A stretch of 64,000 nt of DNA from an uncultured Bacillota bacterium (GTDB lineage: Bacteria > Sysuimicrobiota > Sysuimicrobiia > Sysuimicrobiales > Segetimicrobiaceae). Position 1 is the first letter of the stretch. Every line of letters starts with the position of its first letter. The stretch spans positions 736,001 to 800,000 of the forward strand of contig CAWDRG010000017.1 of the NCBI GenBank assembly GCA_963804645.1. The letters are read 5' to 3'. This document shows, piece after piece, positions 21,303-30,596 of the stretch. A program made the position numbers and the translations under genes. The notes beneath the pieces were generated by a model. It saw only the letters and a list, made by a program, of their open reading frames with translations, had not been told where the DNA came from and did not search any database.

Positions 21303-21968
21303 GTGACTCGCATGGCGACTTGGGAAGAACTGTTCGCGCAGCGCATCCCCGTGGAACAGGCGGCGCCGCTCTTGTCCCGAGCCGGCGCCGATCTCGACGG
21401 GCTCCTCGCCAATACGCCCCACGTGGAGGAGCACGTGCTCGCCATCCTCGAGAAACGGCTCGGCGGCACGATCGACGCGGACACGTGGACCGCGGTGGAC
21501 GCCGCCCTGGCGAACTATCTCGGGGGCGCGGCGGCACTCGTGTCGTGGGTCGGCAGGGCCGACCAAACGAATCGGCTGCATGAGGCGGAAACGCGGGTCC
21601 CACCCCTCGTCGCCGGACTGCTCCGGACGATCCTTGGCCTATACGGCCGCGAGCTGCGGCTGGCCTACGAGCGCTGGCGCGAGCTTCCGAACGACTGGGT
21701 CCGCATGAACCGCGACGTGTTCTACGACGAAATCGAAAAGCGCTACCTGCTGCGCGTCGCGATCGAGAAACAGAACGGCGAGACGTTCGTTCTCGAGGCC
21801 CGACCCGGCTCGATGCTGCGGCTGATTACCTCGCTCGTGGTCACCGCAAAACACGCCAGCACGCCGGGGGCGTTCGACCCTCCAAGCATCACGGCGTTCA
21901 ACGAGGCGGTCGGCCAGCTGCAGCAGCTGTTCGCGCCGCCGCCGGACCAGCCGACGCCGGCGCCCTGA
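21303..21968 (+). CDS. Hypothetical protein
   Basis: Protein-like composition (start may be ATG 21312, MATWEELF); no recognised motif. Confidence 0.75.
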   Translation: MTRMATWEELFAQRIPVEQAAPLLSRAGADLDGLLANTPHVEEHVLAILEKRLGGTIDADTWTAVDAALANYLGGAAALVSWVGRADQTNRLHEAETRVPPLVAGLLRTILGLYGRELRLAYERWRELPNDWVRMNRDVFYDEIEKRYLLRVAIEKQNGETFVLEARPGSMLRLITSLVVTAKHASTPGAFDPPSITAFNEAVGQLQQLFAPPPDQPTPAP

Positions 21969-21981
21969 ACCGCGGGGGACG

Positions 21982-22824
21982 CTACGCGAGCGGGCGCATC
22001 GTGCGCGTGCGCCGCGCGAACGTCGCGGTCTCGCCGTAGCCGGCGGCGCGCGCGACCCCGACGGCACGATCGAAGTCGCGAGCGACGTCCTCCGGCAGGT
22101 GCGCGTCGGAGTTGATGAGCGTCGGCACGCCGGCCCGGAAGCATGCCCGCAGGAACGCCGGCGCCGGGTAGATCTCTCCGACCGGCTTCCGCCAGCCCGC
22201 GGTGTTGATTTCGACGCACACGCCCGCCGCCGCGAACGCGCGGGCGGCCGATTCGTAGAGATCGGTGACGTCCTCGGCGGGCCGATGGCCGAAGACCTTA
22301 ATGACATCCGCGTGGCCGATCCAATCGAAGAACCCGGTGCCCGCGGCGGCCTCGATCAGCCGGAAATACTCCCGGTACACCTGGAGGGCGTCCCGGCGCG
22401 CCCACTCCCCGTCCCAGTCCGGGTTGTCGAAGCCCCACCACGGATCGCCGGGCGCGTCCGGCGGAATCCAGTGCACCGATCCGATCGCATAATCCCACGG
22501 GTACGCGCGGAGCACCCGCTCGAGCGCGGGCTCGTAGCCTGGGAGAAAATCCCACTCCAGGCCGAGCTTGACCGGCATCCCCGCGCGGCGCGCGTCCTCG
22601 ATGAGCCGCAGATAGGACTCCAGGCTCTCGGTGCACTCGCGGTCCACCCACCCGCCGGCGGCGTCGCTCGAGGGATACATCGCGCGGCACTCCCGAAACC
22701 GGTGCGGGTGCTCGCTGAACCCGATCTCATCGAGTCCCTGGGCGCGCGCCCGCTCGACAAACCGGCCGAGCCACTCGAGTGTCCAGGGGCCCCGTTCCAG
22801 ATGCATGTGGTAGTCGGTGCGCAC
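21982..22824 (-). CDS. PHP-family histidinol-phosphatase-like protein (HisJ/HisK type)
   Basis: TDYHMH, GFSEH, GLE, IGSVH, GHAD, EINT, NSDAH metal motifs; GTG start at 22824. Confidence 0.88.
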   Translation of the reverse strand: MRTDYHMHLERGPWTLEWLGRFVERARAQGLDEIGFSEHPHRFRECRAMYPSSDAAGGWVDRECTESLESYLRLIEDARRAGMPVKLGLEWDFLPGYEPALERVLRAYPWDYAIGSVHWIPPDAPGDPWWGFDNPDWDGEWARRDALQVYREYFRLIEAAAGTGFFDWIGHADVIKVFGHRPAEDVTDLYESAARAFAAAGVCVEINTAGWRKPVGEIYPAPAFLRACFRAGVPTLINSDAHLPEDVARDFDRAVGVARAAGYGETATFARRTRTMRPLA

Positions 22825-22829
22825 CGCGG

Positions 22830-23534
22830 CTACTCCATCCGGCCCGCGCGGACCCGCTGCGCGAACGTGCTGCCGGCCGGATGGTCGCTCGCCGCGAGTT
22901 CCTGGGCGACCGCTTCGGCGTCGTAGGTCACCCGGACGATCTCCGCGCGCCACCGTCCGCCGTCGAGCGTGAGGATCGCCCACGCCGGACGCGGGATGCC
23001 GTCGAAGGGCAGCCCAACGCTGCCGACGTTGACGACCGTCCCTTCCGGAACCTCCCGGACGTACGGCCGGTGAATGTGTCCGTAGGCGAGGGTCTGGGCG
23101 CGCGCCTCCCGCAGCATCCCGGTCAGCACGTCGGGGGGCGCGTCCGGATTGACGGAGTCCGTGGTACTGGTGGGCGTCGCGTGCACCAGCACGAGCGTCG
23201 GTCCGCCGGCCGGCTCGATGCGCCTGGACATCGGCAGCGCCCGAAGGGCCGCGAGATCGTCGTCTGTCAGCTTCGCGCGGGTCCACTCCGTCATCGCGAG
23301 CGCGGGACCGGGCGGCGCGGCGAGCCCGGCGACCCACTGGTCGGTGTTGCCGATGATCGCCGGGAAGTTCCGCGCGCGCAGCAGCGCCATCGCCTCGCGC
23401 GGCCGGGGCCCGCCGAAGGCGAGGTCTCCGCCGTTCAGGATCTGGTCGAAGGGGCCGCGGGCCCGTACGTCGGCGAGCACGGCCTCGAGGGCCCGCACGT
23501 TGCCGTGGACGTCTGAGAGGATCGCGATGCGCAT
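22830..23534 (-). CDS. Metallophosphoesterase (YfcE/calcineurin-like)
   Basis: MRIAILSDVHGN, GD, GNTD, HA, GHIH, NVGSVG motifs. Confidence 0.9.
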   Translation of the reverse strand: MRIAILSDVHGNVRALEAVLADVRARGPFDQILNGGDLAFGGPRPREAMALLRARNFPAIIGNTDQWVAGLAAPPGPALAMTEWTRAKLTDDDLAALRALPMSRRIEPAGGPTLVLVHATPTSTTDSVNPDAPPDVLTGMLREARAQTLAYGHIHRPYVREVPEGTVVNVGSVGLPFDGIPRPAWAILTLDGGRWRAEIVRVTYDAEAVAQELAASDHPAGSTFAQRVRAGRME

Positions 23535-23550
23535 CGGCGGCTCCTTGTGT

Positions 23551-24225
23551 CTATCCGACCTGCCCCGGGCGCGCCGGGGGAACGCCAAACACCGCGTGCA
23601 GGAACCCGGCGATGATGCGGGCCGTGGCGCCCCAGACGACCTGCGGGCCGATCTGATAGAAGTACAGCACCACCGGGTCGCCCTTCCACTCCTGCAGTTC
23701 GGCGCGAACGTGCCGCGGGTCGAGCAGCACCGCGAGCGGCGCCAGGATGACGGCGCGCACCTCACGGGCACTGAGGCGCAGCCGGGTGGGATACGGAATC
23801 TCGCAGACGAACGGGCTGATGACGAATCCGGAAACGCGCACATCCGCATCGTCGAGCCGGCCGAGCAGCCGGACGTCACTCGGGGGGACTCCGATCTCCT
23901 CGGACGTTTCGCGCAGCGCGGCCGCGAGCGGAGCCTCGTCGCCCTCCACCCGCCCGCCCGGAAACGAGATCTGGCCTTTGTGGTGCTCGAGCGTCTCGGT
24001 ACGCTGGGTGAGCACGAGCGCGGGGCCATCGGGAGTGAAGATCACCGGCACGATCACCGCAGCCCGGCGGGCTCCCGTGGCACCCGGATCGGTTCGGGGC
24101 TCGCGGCCCGCGAGGGCGGCCTCGATGCGCGCTCTCAGCGCGTCTGGATCCCGCAGTACCTCGCGGATCTGTGCGGGCGAAGCGTCAGGGCTCGTCACGA
24201 ACACCTCCCGAAACGATGTCATCAT
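23551..24225 (-). CDS. Nudix hydrolase, CoA pyrophosphatase type
   Basis: LTQR..HKGQISFPGG..AALRETSEEIG, VWGATARI. Confidence 0.9.
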   Translation of the reverse strand: MMTSFREVFVTSPDASPAQIREVLRDPDALRARIEAALAGREPRTDPGATGARRAAVIVPVIFTPDGPALVLTQRTETLEHHKGQISFPGGRVEGDEAPLAAALRETSEEIGVPPSDVRLLGRLDDADVRVSGFVISPFVCEIPYPTRLRLSAREVRAVILAPLAVLLDPRHVRAELQEWKGDPVVLYFYQIGPQVVWGATARIIAGFLHAVFGVPPARPGQVG

Positions 24226-24323
24226 AGCACAAGACCGCGCGTGCCCAGAAATGGAAAGGAGTTCGGCGACGTAGTGCGGTATAATGGTCCCGGTGTGACG
24301 ATGAGCCGAAGGAGGCCGCGCGG

Positions 24324-24614
24324 ATGACGTACGTGATCACGGAGCCCTGCGTCGGGACGAAGGACCGGTCGTGCGTGGAAGTGTGCCCGGTGGACTGCAT
24401 CCACCCGAAGGCGGACGAAGACCAGGGTGAGGTGCACCTCTTTATCAACCCCGAGGAGTGCATCGACTGCGGCGCGTGCGAATCGGTGTGTCCGGTGACG
24501 GCGATCTTCGCCGAGGGCGACGTCCCCGACCAGTACAAGAAGTACGTGGAGGAAGGCGCGGACCACTACAAGCTCAGCAAGGAAGAGTTCGAGGCGAAGC
24601 ACGGGCACGTCTAA
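24324..24614 (+). CDS. fdxA: Dicluster (7Fe/8Fe) ferredoxin
   Basis: MTYVITEPCVGTKDRSCVEVCPVDCI, CIDCGACESVCPV; AAGGAGG RBS. Confidence 0.93.
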   Translation: MTYVITEPCVGTKDRSCVEVCPVDCIHPKADEDQGEVHLFINPEECIDCGACESVCPVTAIFAEGDVPDQYKKYVEEGADHYKLSKEEFEAKHGHV

Positions 24615-24759
24615 TCCGCGACACGCCAGTCCCGAGAGAACGTTACGGGGGCCCGTCGAGGGCCCCCGTCCTGCTGCACGTGCGCCGCACACTCCTGACC
24701 ACCGAGCGAGATCGCGCCGGCCGTTTCCGGCCGCGCGTCAACGGATCCGGCCGCCAGCC

Positions 24760-25821
24760 CTACTCCCCGGCCGCGCCGGCACGCGCCTTCCCGAGTACTT
24801 CCTGCGCGACCGCGACCGCCCGCTCCACGTCAGTCTGTGACACGTCGAGATGGGTTACCGCCCGGATCCGCGTCGGGCCGCTGGCGCCCATCCGGACGCC
24901 CCGCGCCGCGAGCCGATCCACGACCTCTTTCGCCGTCAGCCCCGTCCCGGCGACATCGAAAAACACCAGGTTCGACTCCACATGGGCGACGTTGAGCGCG
25001 ATGCCCGGAATCTCGGCGAGCCCGCGGGCCAGGATCTTGGCGTTGGTGTGGTCTTCGGGAAGCCGCGCGATGTTGTGGTCGAGCGCGTACAGTCCGGCGG
25101 CGGCGATGATCCCGGCCTGCCGCATCGCCCCGCCCAACAGATGCTTGTACCGGCGCGCCTCCTTGATGAACTCACGATCGCCGGCAACGAGCGCACCGAC
25201 GGGGCAGCCGAGGCCCTTGGTCAGGCAGAACGTCGCCGAGTCATAGCCCAGGGCCTGCTCGTGCGCGGGGATGCCGGAGGCCGCCGCGGCGTTCATAATC
25301 CGCGCGCCGTCCATGTGCGTCGCGAGGTGGTGTTTGTGCGCGGTCTCCGCCACGGCCCGCAGCCGCTCAATCGGCCACACCGTCCCGCCGGCACGATTCG
25401 CGGTCTGTTCGACACAGACGAGGCGCGTCCGCGGACAGTGCGGATCGTCCGCGCGAATCGCGTCGACGACCTGCTGCTCCGTGAACACCCCGCGCACGCC
25501 GTCGATCGGACAAAACGTCGCCCCGGACAAGATCGCCGTTCCGCCGGTCTCCGATGTCGCGATATGCGCGGTGCGCTCCAGGACGACCTCGTCGGTTGGA
25601 CGCGTGTGGACTTTGACCGCGATCGCGTTCGCCATCGTCGCCGACGGCAGGTAGAGGGCCGCCTGCTTGTGCAACAGCGCGGCGACACGCTCCTGCAGCG
25701 CATTCACCGAGGGGTCCTCCTGCCGCTGCTCGTCGCCCACAAGCGCCTGCGCCATGAACGCGCGCATCGCCGCGGACGGCCGGGTCGCGGTGTCGCTACC
25801 GAGATCGATCAGCGTTGTCAC
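24760..25821 (-). CDS. ltaE: Low-specificity L-threonine aldolase (PLP-dependent)
   Basis: IDLGSDT, HMDGARI, CLTKGLGCPVG, GGAMRQAG. Confidence 0.9.
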   Translation of the reverse strand: MTTLIDLGSDTATRPSAAMRAFMAQALVGDEQRQEDPSVNALQERVAALLHKQAALYLPSATMANAIAVKVHTRPTDEVVLERTAHIATSETGGTAILSGATFCPIDGVRGVFTEQQVVDAIRADDPHCPRTRLVCVEQTANRAGGTVWPIERLRAVAETAHKHHLATHMDGARIMNAAAASGIPAHEQALGYDSATFCLTKGLGCPVGALVAGDREFIKEARRYKHLLGGAMRQAGIIAAAGLYALDHNIARLPEDHTNAKILARGLAEIPGIALNVAHVESNLVFFDVAGTGLTAKEVVDRLAARGVRMGASGPTRIRAVTHLDVSQTDVERAVAVAQEVLGKARAGAAGE

Positions 25822-26039
25822 GACTACCTCCTCCGGATTCGATCGTGGTCGGCCGGCTCGACCGCCGGATCACACGGCGCATTCGGCGGCACGCCCTCGT
25901 TTCTCCGCACCGCGAGACGGCACCTCCCGCGCGAACACGAGGCACCGCACAGACGTGGGGATGTCGGCCCGCGGCGGCGCCGCGCGAGCGAGCCCCCCAG
26001 CAGCTCCCCTGAGCAACCCGCTCCCCGGAGCAGGCGGGG

Positions 26040-26723
26040 TCAGCGGATCTCGAACCGCTCCCCAGGTTTGAGGACCGCGACCTTCGAGGTCGTGGACGAT
26101 TCCACGCGGCGCTTGAACGCGTCGGCGTCCTGCTTGATGATCGGCCAGGTGTTGTAGTGCTGGGGAATCACGGTGGTGGCCCCCAGCAACTTCGCCGCAG
26201 CCGCCGCGTCTTCCGGACCCATCGTAAAGTTGTCGCCGATCGGCAGGATCGCGACATCCAGCCCGCCCTCGCCGGTCAACCGCATATCCGAGAACAGCGC
26301 GGTGTCGCCCGCGTCGTACACCCGCTTCCCGTCGGTCTCGATCAGCACGCCGCCCGGCATGCCCCCGTACGTTCCATCCGGGAACGAGGACCCGTGAAAC
26401 GCGATGGTCAGCTTCACGCGCCCAAACGGAAAGGCGGCGCCGCCGCCGATATGCAGCGGGTGGGCCTTCTCGACCCCCTGCTTCTGCGCGTAGTTGACGA
26501 TCTCGAAGTTCGCGATGAGCGTGGCCCCGGTCCGCTTGGCGAGCTCGACGGTGTCCCCATAGTGGTCGCCGTGCGCGTGCGTGACGATGATGTACGACGG
26601 CGTGACGTCGGCCGCGGTGACGGGCGCCAGCGGGTTGCCGGTGAAGAACGGGTCGATGAGAATCGTCGTGCCTTTGGTGTCGAGCGCCCAGGTTGAGTGC
26701 CCGTAATACGTGAGCGTGGCCAT
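26040..26723 (-). CDS. Metal-dependent hydrolase, metallo-beta-lactamase fold (UPF0173)
   Basis: LTYYGHS, IDPFFTGNP, THAHGDH, AGDT, LPIGDNFTM, PQHYNTW. Confidence 0.9.
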   Translation of the reverse strand: MATLTYYGHSTWALDTKGTTILIDPFFTGNPLAPVTAADVTPSYIIVTHAHGDHYGDTVELAKRTGATLIANFEIVNYAQKQGVEKAHPLHIGGGAAFPFGRVKLTIAFHGSSFPDGTYGGMPGGVLIETDGKRVYDAGDTALFSDMRLTGEGGLDVAILPIGDNFTMGPEDAAAAAKLLGATTVIPQHYNTWPIIKQDADAFKRRVESSTTSKVAVLKPGERFEIR

Positions 26724-26751
26724 GCAGTCTCCCTCCGTCGAGTGGCGCGGT

Positions 26752-27387
26752 CTACTTCTTGCGGGGCTCGCGCGTCTGCGTGATGAGGTACCGGCACCGA
26801 GGCGACCCGGCGAGGATGTGGTCCGTCCGGACCACGTCCGCCCCGAGGGCGTCAGAGAACAGCGCGATCTCACAGGAACACACCTGATGGTACGCGTCGG
26901 CGACGCTGCGGATGGGACAGTTGTGCTCGACCAGGACGAACGTGTCCTTGTCGTGCCGCTCGGCCTCCGCGAGAAAGCCTTCCTCGTTGCGAATCTCGGC
27001 GAGCGCCGCGACCCGCTCCCCCAGGTCCTTGCCGGCGAGCCGAAGCCGGTATTGCTCGAGCAGGCGCTTGCGCCGGTGCTCGAACAGCGCGGTTACCTTC
27101 GCGTCACCGTCGAGCGCGCGGACATCGTCGAGCAACTCGGTCGCGACCTGTTCGTAGGTACGTGGGAAGACCTTATCGCCCTCCGCGGTGATGCTGTAGA
27201 CCCGGCTCGGCCGGCCTTGGCCGCGCCGGACGCCGTCGGACCGTACCTGGGCGTCACGTTCGAGGATGGCCAGGTGCTGCCGCACGCCCATCGGCGTGAT
27301 GGCCAGCCGCTGGCTCAGCTCCTGCACGGTCATCGGACCGTGCCGCTTGATGAGAGAGAGAATTTCACCGCGTGTCGTCGAGGTCAT
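26752..27387 (-). CDS. SufR-like ArsR/DeoR-type wHTH regulator with C-terminal Cys ligands
   Basis: ITPMGVRQHLAILE..GRPSRVYSIT..FP; HNCPI...VCSCE...RCRY pattern. Confidence 0.8.
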   Translation of the reverse strand: MTSTTRGEILSLIKRHGPMTVQELSQRLAITPMGVRQHLAILERDAQVRSDGVRRGQGRPSRVYSITAEGDKVFPRTYEQVATELLDDVRALDGDAKVTALFEHRRKRLLEQYRLRLAGKDLGERVAALAEIRNEEGFLAEAERHDKDTFVLVEHNCPIRSVADAYHQVCSCEIALFSDALGADVVRTDHILAGSPRCRYLITQTREPRKK

Positions 27388-27410
27388 CGTCCGGCACCTC
27401 GCGTTAGCCT

Positions 27411-27446
27411 CTACAATATTGTAGCAAAAGCTTCGAGGGTTGGCAA
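27411..27446 (-). promoter_or_regulatory. Sigma70-type promoter of the SufR-like gene with an overlapping perfect palindrome
   Basis: Minus strand TTGCCA-17 nt-TACAAT; palindrome CTACAATATTGTAG (27411-27424) covers the -10. Confidence 0.7.
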
Positions 27447-27653
27447 AGAAATCATAGTTCATAGTTTACTAATAAGCGCGGGCACGGCTACGGGATACCT
27501 CGGAGGCGCGTGACGCCACTCCTGGTCGAGGGACCCTAGCGCAGGACGCCGGTCGACGCGGCCTGGGTCGTCCGACTCGCGCCCACGCGACCTTTCAACT
27601 TCTGCGCTACAATGGGGGGCGTGACAGCCGCAAGGCCCTCGACGCGGGGAGCG

Positions 27654-28094
27654 CTAGCGATCGTACCAGAGGGTCTGGGGGCGCAGGTTCCTGGAGATCC
27701 CAAGCTGGCTCGCCATCAAGGCGGTCCACGACAGGAACCCTTCGATCATCGCCAGCGCCTCGTCCTCAACCTCATCCGGGTCGAGTGCCGACTGCTGCGC
27801 GTTTCCCAGGAGGTCGCCGATGCCGCCGCAAAACGTCCGCACATCGAGGAGCAGCTCGGTCGCGACGCGCCGCGCCGGCACCCCGACGGTGCGCGGCCGA
27901 TTGGGCGTGGCCCGCAGCCGGGCGCTCTGGGCCGCGGACCACTCCGACAGATCCTCGAGGGCATAGATGGCCTCCCCGGGACCGCGCTCGACGACGACCG
28001 CGACAAAGCCCTGGCACGCCCGCCACACTTGGCGGATGAGACCGGCCAGAAACCGCTTCTCGTATGTCGTAAACCCCTTGACCTGTTTCGGCAC
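27654..28094 (-). CDS. Hypothetical protein
   Basis: Protein-like ORF MPKQVKGFTTYEKRFLAGLIRQVW... Confidence 0.65.
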   Translation of the reverse strand: MPKQVKGFTTYEKRFLAGLIRQVWRACQGFVAVVVERGPGEAIYALEDLSEWSAAQSARLRATPNRPRTVGVPARRVATELLLDVRTFCGGIGDLLGNAQQSALDPDEVEDEALAMIEGFLSWTALMASQLGISRNLRPQTLWYDR

Positions 28095-28181
28095 GCAGCG
28101 CCTCGGCGCGGGCGGTTCCCGCGGCCGGTTGGTGTTCGACGCCGCGCCGAAGCCCTCCTGTGACCGCGATCGGATGACGGC

Positions 28182-30485
28182 GTGGCAGACCTAGCGGCGA
28201 TCCTCACGGGCGTCGGCGAGGCGCCCGCCGCTCCGTTCGTCCCGGCCCCGTTCCAGCGCGACGCGCTGGACGCGATTGGGCGGGGCGACGTCGTCGTCTC
28301 CGCGCCCACGGGCAGCGGAAAGACGTGGATCGCGGAGGAGCACATCGCGAGAACGCTCGCGGCCGCGGTGCAGGCGAAGACGGGGCCGCGCCGGGTCTGG
28401 TACACGACGCCGCTCAAAGCCCTATCGAACCAGAAGTTTCGGCGGTTCCAACGGCTGTACGGTGATACCTCGGTCGGCCTGCTCACGGGCGAGCGCCGGA
28501 TCAACGCCCGGGCGCCGGTGCTGGTCGCGACGACTGAGATCCTTCGGAACGTCCTCTACGACGCGCGCACGCAAGATGCGCCGCCGGGCACGATCGTGCT
28601 CGACGAGGCCCACTACCTCTCCGACCCCGAGCGGGGCACCGCGTGGGAGGAGATCCTGCTGCTCGCACCGCGGGAGACGCGCCTGCTCCTCCTGTCGGCA
28701 ACCATCCCAAACGCCGACGTCCTGGCCGCGTGGATGGGGACCGTCCGCGGGCGAGCGCCGGACGTGATCACCCTTGCGGAGCGTGCCGTTCCGCTCGCGG
28801 TCATCCTGACGGACGGGGCCGGGCAGCTGCTCGCGCCCGATCCCGGACGCGTGCGCACCCGGGCGCGCCAGCCGCGGTGGCTGCACGCGGTCAGCGACGC
28901 CCTGGACGCGCACCGCCTGACCCCGGCGATCCTGTTCTACCCAAGCCGGCGCGAGTGTGACGACGCGGCGCGCGCGCTCGGCTCCAAGACCGCCCCGCGC
29001 GCCGGGGAGCGTGCGGCGCGGATCGAGCAGTGGGTCGCGCGCACGCCCCAGCTCGCCACCCACCCGCTGCTGGCCCCGCTCCGCCGCGCCGGAGTGGCGT
29101 CCCATCACGCGGGGCACCTGACGAGCTGGCGGCTCCTCGTCGAGGAACTGCTCGAGGCCGGCCTCGTGCGCGTCGTCTGCGCGACCACGACGCTCGCCGC
29201 GGGGCTCGACGTGCCCGCGCGCACCGTCGTGCTGTCGACGCTGTACCGTCACGGCCCCGCCGGCTCGGAACCGCTCACGCCGACCGAGTTTCACCAGATG
29301 ACCGGCCGTGCCGGACGGCGCGGCCGGGACACGCTCGGGATCGCGGTCGTCGCCTGCGATACCCCGGAGGACGCCCGGGAGGGCCTGGCACTCGCGGATG
29401 CCTCGCCCGATCCCGTCGTCTCGAGATTCACGCCGTCCGACTCGCAGGTGCTCAACCTGCTGGCCCGCGCGCCGATTGCGGACGCCGAGGTCATGCTGCG
29501 CCGCTCGTTTGCCGCATTCCTGCGGGCTCCGGAGATCGCGGCCGCGCGCGCGCGGCTCGCGGCGCTGCCGCCGGACCCGCTCCGCGAGCGGCCCTGCGGC
29601 GACCGGCTCGCCACCCGGGCGAAGTTCGACGACCTCCTGCACCAGCTGCGGCGCGCGCGCCGGCGCAAGGAGGAGGCCGCGGACGAGATTGCGCGCCTCG
29701 GCCAGGCGGTCGTCGCCATGCCGTGCACCGGCTGCACCGTCGTCGACCGCTGCCTGAAGAGCCTCAAGGAACTCGCGATCACGGAACGAGAGCGCCGAGC
29801 GCTGCGCCGCGAACTCGCCGCGCTCGAAGACCGCGAGGTCGGCGAGTTTCGGGCGCGGGCCGGCATGCTGCGCGATCTCGGCTACCTCGACCAGGCCTAC
29901 CGGCTGACCGACGCCGGTCACACCGCGTCCCGCATCCGGCACCCGAGGATGCTGGTCATCGCGGAGGCGATCCGCGCGCGCATCTTCCCGACGAAACCGG
30001 CCGGGCTGGCGTCGGTCGCGGGTGCGCTCGGCACGGAACGGCTCGTCGTGCCGCGCATCCGCCCGCTCATCCGCCACGGCGCGGGGACCGGCCCCGCCCA
30101 GCGTGCGGCGGACCAGATGTGGGACGCCGGGCCCGCGCTCGAGGACGTCACTCGCGCGCTCGCGGCGCTCCGCCGGATCGTCGCGCGCCTCAACGCGGCG
30201 CGGCGGGACGCCGGGCTGCCGCCTGACCCGCTGGAGGACGAGCTGACGCCGACGGGCAGCCAACCCGCGCAGGCGATGTGGCGGGCCTCCGCCGTCGGCG
30301 CGTGGGCATCGGGACGGGCATGGGGAAGCATCACAGCACGCCACCACGTTCCTGACGGCGACCTGCAGCGCCTCATCTGGCAGGCCGCGGAGATTCTCAC
30401 GCAGATGGAGGACCTGCCCGGACATCTGCTCGTCGCCCCGGCCCGAGACGCGCGCACCGGCCTCCTGCGCGCGCCGGTGGTCTGA
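28182..30485 (+). CDS. Ski2/HelY-like DExH helicase
   Basis: APTGSGKT, TPLKALSNQK, TTEILRN, DEAH, SAT, HHAG, QMTGRAGRRG; DSHCT-like C-terminus GDLQRL. Confidence 0.9.
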   Translation: MADLAAILTGVGEAPAAPFVPAPFQRDALDAIGRGDVVVSAPTGSGKTWIAEEHIARTLAAAVQAKTGPRRVWYTTPLKALSNQKFRRFQRLYGDTSVGLLTGERRINARAPVLVATTEILRNVLYDARTQDAPPGTIVLDEAHYLSDPERGTAWEEILLLAPRETRLLLLSATIPNADVLAAWMGTVRGRAPDVITLAERAVPLAVILTDGAGQLLAPDPGRVRTRARQPRWLHAVSDALDAHRLTPAILFYPSRRECDDAARALGSKTAPRAGERAARIEQWVARTPQLATHPLLAPLRRAGVASHHAGHLTSWRLLVEELLEAGLVRVVCATTTLAAGLDVPARTVVLSTLYRHGPAGSEPLTPTEFHQMTGRAGRRGRDTLGIAVVACDTPEDAREGLALADASPDPVVSRFTPSDSQVLNLLARAPIADAEVMLRRSFAAFLRAPEIAAARARLAALPPDPLRERPCGDRLATRAKFDDLLHQLRRARRRKEEAADEIARLGQAVVAMPCTGCTVVDRCLKSLKELAITERERRALRRELAALEDREVGEFRARAGMLRDLGYLDQAYRLTDAGHTASRIRHPRMLVIAEAIRARIFPTKPAGLASVAGALGTERLVVPRIRPLIRHGAGTGPAQRAADQMWDAGPALEDVTRALAALRRIVARLNAARRDAGLPPDPLEDELTPTGSQPAQAMWRASAVGAWASGRAWGSITARHHVPDGDLQRLIWQAAEILTQMEDLPGHLLVAPARDARTGLLRAPVV

Positions 30486-30596
30486 CGGCAGGATGGACGG
30501 GTCAACGCGCACCGCCCATGACGCCGGTCCCAACAGGGACGGTCCCCGCCGCGGCGGAATCTCTCCAGGGGGATCGACCACCCCGGCAGATCAACC

